This document shows, in pieces, positions 48,277 through 56,531 of a DNA stretch of 64,000 bases. The notes under the pieces are model-generated. The model had not been told where the DNA came from, made no database searches, and worked only from the letters and a program-made list of their open reading frames with translations. The translations under genes were made by a program, and so were the position numbers. Position 1 is the stretch's first letter. Every line of letters begins with the position of its first letter. Origin of the DNA: a virus (lineage: Duplodnaviria; Caudoviricetes); IMG/VR virus record IMGVR_UViG_3300038524_000024, positions 1-64,000 of that record; one strand, written 5' to 3'.

Positions 48277-48726
48277 ATGAATTCTGAATATGGAGATTTC
48301 AAACTGAATTCTGAACTTGGTACTTATACGACAGAAAACTTTGAATTAACAAAGAAGCATGAATTTGATGCAGGACTTGATATTTGCTCAAATGAAAATA
48401 TCGAAGTACCAGCAAGAGGAAGACAACTTGTGATGACCGGAATACGGTTGAAAATTCCAGATGGCATGGCAGGACTAGTCTGGTCTAGAAGCGGACTTTC
48501 TGTGGCACATGGTATAGAGGTGGGGGCAGGACTCATTGATTCCACATACAGAGGCGAGTTGGGTGTTTTACTATATAACCACTCTGACGAACCATTTGAG
48601 ATAAAGAAAGGCAATAGAATTGCCCAATTAGTTACTGTTCCAATTATGCTTGATACATATCTAAAAGTTGAAACATTAGATGAAACGCCTCGTGGTGAAG
48701 GTGGATTTGGTAGTACAGGAATATAA
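48277..48726 (+). CDS. dut: Trimeric dUTPase
   Basis: AGLD, SRSG, GLIDSTYRGE, RIAQL, RGEGGFGSTG. Confidence 0.95.
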   Translation: MNSEYGDFKLNSELGTYTTENFELTKKHEFDAGLDICSNENIEVPARGRQLVMTGIRLKIPDGMAGLVWSRSGLSVAHGIEVGAGLIDSTYRGELGVLLYNHSDEPFEIKKGNRIAQLVTVPIMLDTYLKVETLDETPRGEGGFGSTGI

Positions 48727-48735
48727 TAAAAAGGT

Positions 48736-48770
48736 AAAAAATACCCCCTCGAATGAGGGGGTATTTTTTT
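48736..48770. terminator. Bidirectional terminator between convergent modules
   Basis: AAAAAATACCCCCTC-GAAT-GAGGGGGTATTTTTT. Confidence 0.9.
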
Positions 48771-49293
48771 ATTTCGTAGTTCTACGTGCATATTTGCGTT
48801 TTGGTGCTTCTAATGGTATCAAGTTAGCATTCTTCATTTGAACAATAAGTTCAGAATTATATTGCTGTGCTACCCCTAAATCAAATTTTAACTCGTTGAT
48901 AACTTCATCTTGTTCACACATTTTTATTTCTTGTTCGTTGAGTCGAATATTATTGTTATCGATTACTATAGCCTGTTCTTTAATAGTTAGGTCTTGAGCC
49001 ACTACTTTACTATTAAGCTCATCATGTGCGAACTTAAGCATATTATAATCATTTTCAAGTCGTAAAAGCTTAGTCTGCAAATTAACCGCTTGTTCTGCAG
49101 CTTTGTTGGCAATATCATTAAACTGGTCAGCTACAGACGCTTCTTTTCCCAGGTTGTCTAAATCCATACCCTTTGCTTCTTTAGGCATCATTTTTGCGGC
49201 TCTTATCCATGTAAATACAGCACCTATTATAGCTATAATACTCGATATTAAAACGCCTGTTACTAAATTAATTAGTTCTTGAGTAAGTTCCAT
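48769..49293 (-). CDS. Membrane-anchored coiled-coil protein, possibly lysis-associated
   Basis: N-terminal TM followed by long coiled coil. Confidence 0.6.
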   Translation of the reverse strand: MELTQELINLVTGVLISSIIAIIGAVFTWIRAAKMMPKEAKGMDLDNLGKEASVADQFNDIANKAAEQAVNLQTKLLRLENDYNMLKFAHDELNSKVVAQDLTIKEQAIVIDNNNIRLNEQEIKMCEQDEVINELKFDLGVAQQYNSELIVQMKNANLIPLEAPKRKYARRTTK

Positions 49294-49625
49294 TGGTCGC
49301 TCCTTCCGCTTTTTTCAAACTTATATCTTATGCGCGTCCATACGGAAATAACAGATGAAGATAATAAGATAACAGGTCTGATAAATAAACTTCCAAATGA
49401 ATACGGCACTATTGGGGCAACTTCAATAAAAGACTCTTCTAATATATAACCAAATATTATTGACCACACAAAGCAAATTAAAGTTTGGACTAATACAATC
49501 CAATCAAACTGCCTTTTAAGTTTTGTCAGTAATAGATATCCTACTCCGAACCGTACTCCTATAACTGAGAATACAACAATAAGTACTGCTAAAAAGTTGA
49601 CAACTATATCATATATAGTTTTCAT
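49272..49625 (-). CDS. Three-TM protein, holin candidate
   Basis: Hydrophobic; FGSLFIRP resembles FGAVVIRP of neighbour. Confidence 0.55.
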   Translation of the reverse strand: MKTIYDIVVNFLAVLIVVFSVIGVRFGVGYLLLTKLKRQFDWIVLVQTLICFVWSIIFGYILEESFIEVAPIVPYSFGSLFIRPVILLSSSVISVWTRIRYKFEKSGRSDQWNLLKN

Positions 49626-49975
49626 AGGTATTTACTTCCCTTCCTTCGATATTTTTCTTTTTCACTTATTGCTGTACCAACAGCTTCCAGTACAATTAGC
49701 GGGCGTATAACTACCGCTCCGAAAGAACTATTATCTATTATGTGTCCTTTTATAGCTGTTGCAACAATGATATAGCTAAATGCAACTACAAATAGAAAAC
49801 TAACAATTAAATTAAAATATGTGGTAAAAAATACTTTACCTGTAGTTTGTTTATAAAGTAAAATCCTTTTTATGTTATAGTATATTGCCCATGAAAACCA
49901 AAAGATGATATTTGCGGATAAAACTATTGCTATAACATCTAGCGCCGAATTTACTGTTTGTGCTCCTTCTATCAT
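49622..49975 (-). CDS. Three-TM protein, paralog of 49272-49625
   Basis: Same length (117 aa) and shared FG...IRP motif. Confidence 0.55.
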   Translation of the reverse strand: MIEGAQTVNSALDVIAIVLSANIIFWFSWAIYYNIKRILLYKQTTGKVFFTTYFNLIVSFLFVVAFSYIIVATAIKGHIIDNSSFGAVVIRPLIVLEAVGTAISEKEKYRRKGSKYL

Positions 49976-50061
49976 TTCAAATCCTTTCTTTTTTGTCTAT
50001 ATCACTCTTTTTCATAAGCAAAATGAAAAGCCCTACTCAAATATATCTTTCGGGCTTATAT

Positions 50062-50397
50062 CTATTCAACAATTGGTGTTGCTACATATAATGTATCACA
50101 AACTGTAAACCTAACTTTTTCAGTAAAAAACTTTCCTAAACTGGTTTCCACATAGCCTTGAACAGACCATACACCCGGTTTATCTATATCCCCGGCAATA
50201 GTTATGTATTGTAATATTCCATCAGCTCCATTCGTTAAGAATGAAGCTGATTTTTGCACCTTTGTTCCAGATGGATTCTGGAAATAAATATATTTTACAT
50301 CAGCGGTATCAAGGTCAATTGGTACGCCGTTTTCATCGGTGACAATTAGCCTAAATATAGTACCAACGTCCCCTTTATGAATAAATGTTGACTTCAT
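50062..50397 (-). CDS. BppU-like baseplate domain protein
   Basis: GDVGT..., PSG, DGILQY...GDID.PG.W.VQGYV. Confidence 0.6.
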   Translation of the reverse strand: MKSTFIHKGDVGTIFRLIVTDENGVPIDLDTADVKYIYFQNPSGTKVQKSASFLTNGADGILQYITIAGDIDKPGVWSVQGYVETSLGKFFTEKVRFTVCDTLYVATPIVE

Positions 50398-51647
50398 GTA
50401 ACCTCCGATAATTCTTTATATGCTGGCATCTCTATTCTTGTTATTATTTTTACGGTTTCAATAACTTGCATATTCATAATAACAAAGAATTCAGCAATTT
50501 CAGCGTATTGGATATCTACCAGAATGTGTCCATCTAATTGTATAGCGGACGTATTTATAATAACAACTTCTCCTTCGTGTGTTACATGAGTAACATCTCC
50601 AGATACTTCAAAACTAGATGCACAAGCAATATCGGACAATCCATTATGGATAGCATGTAATATACTTCCAATCACATTTAGTTCTGAAATTATAATAGTA
50701 TTTGATTCGCCTTCTAGTTCGCTAGCACTTAATCCACTGACACCTAGTAATGATGTTATTGTAATATTGGTTGAACCATCAATAACCATATGGTCAACAC
50801 TACCAATAACCTCTAATGTGGAGTTAGATATAATACTAGAAATTCCTTCTCGTATGCTAAAAATGCTAGCTTCAATCAGCATTGTAGAATCATTAACAAT
50901 AGTTACTGAACCCTCATGTACAGGGTGGACAATCGTAGCAGATATTACTAGCGTAGAATTTTGCTCAACACCAGCAACGCCTTCAAGTAAACTACCTACT
51001 TCGGGGAAAGCCAACAGATTAGATGTAACATCAATAGTAGTAGCGCCCTCGTGAATGGGATGTAAGACAGTCGCAGATACTTCTAATGTAGAAGTTCCTG
51101 AAACAATCGAAGCGCCCTCCTGCGTTCCCGCTTTCCAAGACGATGCTAAAAGTTCTGATGTGACATTAATTGTAGCTAAACCTTCATGAGTAGCATGTGT
51201 GACACTTCCCACCAAATCCATAGTGGATTGAGTGGTAATATCATTTGAGCCTTCCAAAATTGCATGTGTGATTGTATCTTCTGTCAATAACTGAGAAGTT
51301 ACAACAATTGCGGTTGCTCCTTCCAAAGTTTGATGTAATACTGTATCAACAGCGACTAAACTAGAAGTCGTATCAATCGCAGCACTAGCCTCAATGGTTT
51401 CGGCGCTTACTCCAACAGCTAATAATTCACTTGTGATGACAATAGCTGTTTCCCCTTCGAATACCGCATGAGTAACCGTTCCAACTAAGTCAGTATAGAG
51501 TTCACCAGATGTATTTAATGAGGAAGTGCCGCTAATTGAGGCACTTCCTTCATGGTAAACTCCAGTAACAGGGAAATAGTTGAGTGCCCAATAGTATTGT
51601 CCAAAATAACTATCTGATAAAATATAGGTTTCTTTCGCCATAGACAC
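50394..51647 (-). CDS. Repetitive beta-rich virion protein
   Basis: About 25-aa repeats of type H...EG...I...S.L. Confidence 0.65.
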   Translation of the reverse strand: MSMAKETYILSDSYFGQYYWALNYFPVTGVYHEGSASISGTSSLNTSGELYTDLVGTVTHAVFEGETAIVITSELLAVGVSAETIEASAAIDTTSSLVAVDTVLHQTLEGATAIVVTSQLLTEDTITHAILEGSNDITTQSTMDLVGSVTHATHEGLATINVTSELLASSWKAGTQEGASIVSGTSTLEVSATVLHPIHEGATTIDVTSNLLAFPEVGSLLEGVAGVEQNSTLVISATIVHPVHEGSVTIVNDSTMLIEASIFSIREGISSIISNSTLEVIGSVDHMVIDGSTNITITSLLGVSGLSASELEGESNTIIISELNVIGSILHAIHNGLSDIACASSFEVSGDVTHVTHEGEVVIINTSAIQLDGHILVDIQYAEIAEFFVIMNMQVIETVKIITRIEMPAYKELSEVT

Positions 51648-51662
51648 TCCTTTCTAACAGGT

Positions 51663-52367
51663 TTATACTGTTAAGGTTATTTTTGACCTGTTTCCATTTG
51701 TATCTACTGCTGCCACAATTACATTTGATGTATCGTCAACACCACGGAAAGTTATAGTTGAAGTTTCTGCTCCGGACACTTTTCCAGCTAATGCTGATGC
51801 GAGTATTTTAAGAATTTGGCGCATGGTGTAAGTACCAACAACAAGTTCATCTAAAATAGAATCTACTGCTTCGGATGTTAATTTTACCCCGTCCGTGCCA
51901 GTGTCGGCGAGGATGTCCGTGACCGCCTTGCTGAATGAGCCAGCGGAAGTGTGTCCGCTTGTGGCTTCATCCAGAACAGCATCAGCAATGCCAGCCGCAG
52001 TAACGCCAGCCAACTCGTACCAGCGCGTAGTCCAGTCAGGCGTTGAAGTGTCGCCAGCCAAGCCGTCAACGTAAACCGTCAGCACGTCCCCATTCCTGAC
52101 CGTAATCCAGCCGGATTGCCCTGAGATTGCGGTCAAGCCCGAAGCCGCCGCCATCGTGGTTTGTGGCAGGATGCGGTAAGCCGAGCCAGAGCCGCCGATT
52201 TGCCGAGTAACGTACATAACGTAATCGCCGTTGCCAGCCACCGCGTCTATTGATACATCGCACATGACGAGCTTATCGCCTGTTGACGTGTAAGCCCCGA
52301 CTGCGGTTGCCGCGCTGATGTCTACATTCGTTCCTGTATCCGTTTCTAAGTGCGTAAATACTGCCAT
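51663..52367 (-). CDS. Virion structural protein, compositionally chimeric
   Basis: IADAVLDE motif; GC-rich 5' part switches to AT-rich near 51890. Confidence 0.65.
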   Translation of the reverse strand: MAVFTHLETDTGTNVDISAATAVGAYTSTGDKLVMCDVSIDAVAGNGDYVMYVTRQIGGSGSAYRILPQTTMAAASGLTAISGQSGWITVRNGDVLTVYVDGLAGDTSTPDWTTRWYELAGVTAAGIADAVLDEATSGHTSAGSFSKAVTDILADTGTDGVKLTSEAVDSILDELVVGTYTMRQILKILASALAGKVSGAETSTITFRGVDDTSNVIVAAVDTNGNRSKITLTV

Positions 52368-52379
52368 ATAAGCCTCCGA

Positions 52380-52655
52380 TTAGCCGCAACGTGATAAGAG
52401 TTGCGCGATGAATGCCGCCGATTGAAGTTCCGCGTTTGCCGAGCCCCACAGGTTGTAGATTGCCTCCGCCTGTTCCGCGTTCACGCCCAAATAACCTGAT
52501 AACGCGGTGAAGTCCGAGCCGAGTGCCACTTGGTCAAGCACGAGCTTGAGATTGTTCCAGTCATCCTTGACCCGTCGAAGCGAGTCAATCGCCGAGCGTG
52601 CCTGTGACGAAATGCGGCTTGCTGATGTTGAGATGTCGATGTATGCTGATGCCAT
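52380..52655 (-). CDS. Hypothetical protein in GC-rich block
   Basis: GGAGG RBS. Confidence 0.65.
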   Translation of the reverse strand: MASAYIDISTSASRISSQARSAIDSLRRVKDDWNNLKLVLDQVALGSDFTALSGYLGVNAEQAEAIYNLWGSANAELQSAAFIAQLLSRCG

Positions 52656-52678
52656 AATAGTTCCTCCGATTAGATTGA

Positions 52679-53383
52679 TTAAAGTGCCGCTATTGCGGTG
52701 TGTAAGTTCCCCATTTGTGTATCAGTCAAGCCTGTGCTATAAAAGGCAATGGCGTAGATGTAGCCGCCAAAATATCTGCTTGGTGCGGCATAACGATTGC
52801 CAATAACAAGCCCATCTGAGTTTATTGCGGCAGTCTTAGCTATGTTTCCGACATCCGTGCCGTTAAAATAGGTATCAACTCGTGTCCCTGCGACCAAATT
52901 CATACCTACGGTGTGGTCTACTTTTATGTTGCCGCCAAAGTAGTTAGATAATAGCGTTCCGTCCCAGTCATAGTTTATGCTATTGCCTACATAGTTGGAG
53001 TTGATTTGGATTAGTGCAGTATAGGCATGGTTAAGGTTAAAGTAGTTTCCATAATCCCCTCCGCCCGCACCAGCCGCTTTTGCAAATACAATTACAGCAC
53101 CGATATTGCCAGTGTACGGCACAAGCAGTTGCGCGTCACCCGAAAAGTCCCATCCAGTTTCGCTTGCCCAACTTGGCGATGTGCCTTCTGCTGCGTTGTT
53201 GCCATTTCCCGACAAATCCACCAGCGAAGCCGCATAACTCGCCGCCCCCTTCGGTTGGTACGCTGCCACGCAACTGGTTATCGTGCCGCTCAAATCCCAC
53301 CAGCCGCCGCCAGCAACCGCCGCCTGACTTGACGGTTGGAATGTAGGCGAGAACGTGCGCCCGAATACTGAACCGAATGTCAT
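52679..53383 (-). CDS. LamG/ConA-like domain tail protein
   Basis: AAYQPKGA..DLSGNGN...IGNR...FGGYIYAIAFY; ATGA overlap supports start at 53383. Confidence 0.65.
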   Translation of the reverse strand: MTFGSVFGRTFSPTFQPSSQAAVAGGGWWDLSGTITSCVAAYQPKGAASYAASLVDLSGNGNNAAEGTSPSWASETGWDFSGDAQLLVPYTGNIGAVIVFAKAAGAGGGDYGNYFNLNHAYTALIQINSNYVGNSINYDWDGTLLSNYFGGNIKVDHTVGMNLVAGTRVDTYFNGTDVGNIAKTAAINSDGLVIGNRYAAPSRYFGGYIYAIAFYSTGLTDTQMGNLHTAIAAL

Positions 53384-53526
53384 GCTTGCCTCCTGTACGA
53401 AACGATGCGATACACGAACCTCTTCGCGTCCTTGTACCTGCTCTTGAAACTGCCAACGTGCCCATCCCACGGGTCAATCATCACGTAATCCTCATCCGCC
53501 AGCTTGCCGATAGAATAATTACTCAT
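53380..53526 (-). pseudogene. C-terminal remnant of a C39-like peptidase fused to a new AT-rich start
   Basis: MSNYS|IGKLADEDYVMIDPWDG...; composition switch near 53512. Confidence 0.5.
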
Positions 53527-53595
53527 ATTTCACCTCTACTTTACCATATAAAAGTTTCATTTTAAGACTGAGCACAATCGCTTGCGCCCCACTCT

Positions 53596-53626
53596 TAAAA
53601 CGGGGTGGTTTTACCCACCCCATTTC
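53596..53626 (-). terminator. Terminator after GIY-YIG gene
   Basis: GGGGTGG/CCACCCC hairpin with T-run on minus strand. Confidence 0.65.
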
Positions 53627-53639
53627 TAGTTGTTTATTA

Positions 53640-54338
53640 CTAAGACTCTTTTTCTCTTAGACACCTGCGTTTTGCAGATTCTCTCATTTTAGCTTTTGTC
53701 TCATCTGAATGTTTACAGCCTAGGCTATTTGTATTTCCGATTCTAGATTTAGACATCTTCTCTTTTGATTCCTCTGAATGTTTGTATCCTAGTGTGCGAG
53801 TATTTCCAAGTAAAGCATTACTCATTTTGGTTCTTGCTTCATCAGATGGGGTATGTCCTAAAGCATATTTATTCCCAACTAGAGACTCGGATATTTTTGC
53901 TTTATGGTCATCAGAAAGTTTTCTTCCCAATGTATTTTTGTTTCCTATGCCGTTTTTGTTTCCTAATGCGGCTTTACTCATTTTTTCCTTTGTCTCATCG
54001 GAATGCTTTAAGCCTTTCCTTGATATAAAAGCGTCTGTCGCTATATTATATTCGGGTTTAAGCCCATCTAGGCACGATTGCTCATATATGAACGTATTGT
54101 CAGCATCACAAAATAATAGTACGCCAAATTCAAAATTGTCTTCGCCATATTTATTCCATGCGTTTTGCAAGTGTGCGTTATCATGTTTGTTTTTTCGTAA
54201 ATCAATTAAGTGACGACCCCATCTTGTCCAAATATTAATAGAGCTTCCAATATATTTATGCCCGTTTAAATTGTTTACAATTTGGTAAACTCCCGGAATA
54301 GTGAGGGACTCTTTTCCAAAGTTTTTTGCAATGTTCAC
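53640..54338 (-). CDS. GIY-YIG homing endonuclease with NUMOD3 repeats
   Basis: GVYQI...YIGSS...R...EQ..PEYN; repeated HSDETKxKMS. Confidence 0.92.
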   Translation of the reverse strand: MNIAKNFGKESLTIPGVYQIVNNLNGHKYIGSSINIWTRWGRHLIDLRKNKHDNAHLQNAWNKYGEDNFEFGVLLFCDADNTFIYEQSCLDGLKPEYNIATDAFISRKGLKHSDETKEKMSKAALGNKNGIGNKNTLGRKLSDDHKAKISESLVGNKYALGHTPSDEARTKMSNALLGNTRTLGYKHSEESKEKMSKSRIGNTNSLGCKHSDETKAKMRESAKRRCLREKES

Positions 54339-54414
54339 AGAACCTCACTTTCTTTTAGGTAGAATAGAAATGCTTTTGACACTTCTATTCTACCAATAAA
54401 TTATGTTTAATATC

Positions 54415-55218
54415 CTAAGATAAGGTGATATCTATAGCCCCGCTGGAAAACCTGAAGGTATCTCCGGAGTACACTGTTTTACTGGCAGTTAGCGTCTTAA
54501 AAAAGTACATATCTCCGGCGGCGTTGGCTGACCTTATCGACATGCCTACCACTGTTCCCCAATTTGCGCTAGCAACAGGGAATGTTTCAGTTGCGGTATT
54601 AGCAGTAAAACCGCCAGTCGCATTAGGGGCATCCCATTTTGCAGCGCCATGGCAAGTCACACGTGCGTATGAACCACCTGACACTTCAACACCACCAACA
54701 TCGGCAGCGTTTGGCATTGTAGTATACAATGTTAGCCATGCAGCAGTCGGTTGGGTGAAAGTAGCTCCATCGAGAATATGGTCAAGCATTTCATTGGCAA
54801 GGAATGTAGAAATATCCCCACCTAACGAAATATCCAGTGCTCCCGCGGCAATTGACAGAGTATCCCCTGTATCAACCTGCAAAGATGAACTGAATGAACC
54901 ATAGAACAAGAGGTTGCCACCTGTTGGGGCATCAAAAATACCAACACTAGTAATCAATCCCCAAACGCCAGTAGCTGTCGGAAATGTGATAGTAGCAGTA
55001 TTAGAGGTTGCGCCAGCAGAAGCTGCGTCAAAAGCACCCGTTAGTTGTTTACGTGCATAGGCGTTGGCTGAAGCTACTTCTGTGCCACCGCCCGCATCAG
55101 AGGGGGTAGCAGTAAATAAAGCAAGATAAACACTTGCTGGTGAAGCAAACGTTCCACTTCGTAGAACGTAGTCAATAAATTTTCCTTCAAGATAGTCGGA
55201 CATAATATTAACACTCAT
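54415..55218 (-). CDS. Virion protein with two tandem copies of the domain in 58883-59287
   Basis: YLALFT.P...GTEV...YAR...ITFPTAT..WG.I repeated. Confidence 0.75.
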   Translation of the reverse strand: MSVNIMSDYLEGKFIDYVLRSGTFASPASVYLALFTATPSDAGGGTEVASANAYARKQLTGAFDAASAGATSNTATITFPTATGVWGLITSVGIFDAPTGGNLLFYGSFSSSLQVDTGDTLSIAAGALDISLGGDISTFLANEMLDHILDGATFTQPTAAWLTLYTTMPNAADVGGVEVSGGSYARVTCHGAAKWDAPNATGGFTANTATETFPVASANWGTVVGMSIRSANAAGDMYFFKTLTASKTVYSGDTFRFSSGAIDITLS

Positions 55219-55898
55219 TATAACTCCATTTCTTTTTGACTTTCATCAAAAATTTGTAATTTTTTTAATTTGTTTTTTCTTCCTCGTTCAACAGAAGCCA
55301 AACCTATTTTTGTTTTTGCTTCTTCCGTATGCTTTCTTCCAGTTGCAGCTTTACGAAATTTTTCTGTTGTTTCTTCAGAAAAAGGATTTTTAATCCCTTT
55401 GTTCCAAGGAACATTGCCTTTTTTAAAAGTGCCAACCGGATGTTTCCCTTTATTGCCCTCTGATATTTTTCGCTTATGCTCTTCAGACAAAGCTATACCA
55501 ACATGGAATTGTCTCAAAAACTCTTTTTGCTCATCAGACATTTTGTGTTTACTATTGGTTTCACCAATTTTCCTTTTGTGCTCGTCTGATAATTTCATTC
55601 CTTTATTTGGGCATAGAGCATCTATGGCAATATTATACTCTGGTTTATAATAATCTAAATAAATCTGTTCATAAAGTGTTGTATTTTCTCTATCACATAT
55701 TAAAAGTATTGAGAAGCTAAACGATTCTTCTCCATACTTTTCCCATGCTCTTTGAAACGCAACATTATGACTTTTATGTAAATTTAGATACCACCTATGT
55801 GTAATCCATCTTTCGTGTATATCAACAGAGCTACCAATATAAGAATGCCCGTTTACTTTATTTGTAATTTTATAAACGCCAGATATAATGTCTCTCAT
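55218..55898 (-). CDS. GIY-YIG homing endonuclease with NUMOD3 repeats
   Basis: GVYKI...YIGSS; SDEHKRKI repeats; paralog of 53640-54338. Confidence 0.92.
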   Translation of the reverse strand: MRDIISGVYKITNKVNGHSYIGSSVDIHERWITHRWYLNLHKSHNVAFQRAWEKYGEESFSFSILLICDRENTTLYEQIYLDYYKPEYNIAIDALCPNKGMKLSDEHKRKIGETNSKHKMSDEQKEFLRQFHVGIALSEEHKRKISEGNKGKHPVGTFKKGNVPWNKGIKNPFSEETTEKFRKAATGRKHTEEAKTKIGLASVERGRKNKLKKLQIFDESQKEMEL

Positions 55899-55989
55899 AT
55901 TACCTCCTACAGTAACATCCTAATTTAAGTAGTGAGCGAAAGGCGTTTAGGATTACGCTCTTCGGGCTCGAGACCCTATTCGCTCACTT
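55899..55989 (-). promoter_or_regulatory. Structured 5' leader of GIY-YIG gene
   Basis: AGTGAGCGA/TCGCTCACT stem enclosing ATAGG..CGAAGA and GCGT-AATCCTAA-ACGC; loop complementary to TTAGGAT before the RBS. Confidence 0.55.
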
Positions 55990-55992
55990 ATC

Positions 55993-56151
55993 TTATTTTT
56001 TATTTTGTGTTTTTATTTTGTTTAGCATTCGACGGTCAACCGGAATGCCCAGAGCAGTGAGCCGCGCGAACGTAGCTCCGGTAGAGATTGCGCGTTGCCA
56101 GTCCATGCGCTTCTGGTATGAGCTTACGTCAATGCCAAAGGGGTAGGTCAT
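55993..56151 (-). pseudogene. N-terminal remnant of a GH25 muramidase (endolysin)
   Basis: MTYPFGIDVSSYQKRMDW...GATFA then runs into AT-rich sequence. Confidence 0.7.
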
Positions 56152-56188
56152 GCTTGCTCCTGCCATTGGCTTAGGTCGAGGATAGTGG

Positions 56189-56530
56189 TCATGCTTCGTC
56201 CGGCATGTCTGACCAGATTTCGTCACGCATCGCAATCAGCATCCGCGCCATTAACTTGAGCACGGTTTTCGCGCTGGCGATGTTGGTGACGTTGGCTTCG
56301 ATGTAATTCACCGCCTCTGCTGGCGTGATTGTTTTGAGCGCGGTTGCCTTCGCCGCTTCGTCTTTCGCCAGCCTGCGCCTTAGTCGTGCAGGATAGACAA
56401 TCTGCTCGTAAATCTCCCATTCTTCAGGTGTGAGCGTGCGGCTAAACTCGGCGTGATAGTTGCCAAGTCTTGTTTCAACAAGTGATGTTATCGGTATTCC
56501 TGCGTTTTGAAGTAGTGTTAGTTTATCCAT
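56189..56530 (-). CDS. Tail-fibre-associated protein (GC-rich)
   Basis: Directly downstream of the fibre gene. Confidence 0.6.
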   Translation of the reverse strand: MDKLTLLQNAGIPITSLVETRLGNYHAEFSRTLTPEEWEIYEQIVYPARLRRRLAKDEAAKATALKTITPAEAVNYIEANVTNIASAKTVLKLMARMLIAMRDEIWSDMPDEA

Positions 56531-56531
56531 G

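Noticed and set aside
53526-56030. Group I intron housing the GIY-YIG genes
   Set aside because: No recognisable catalytic core; contains an internal terminator, a cargo gene and a new downstream start
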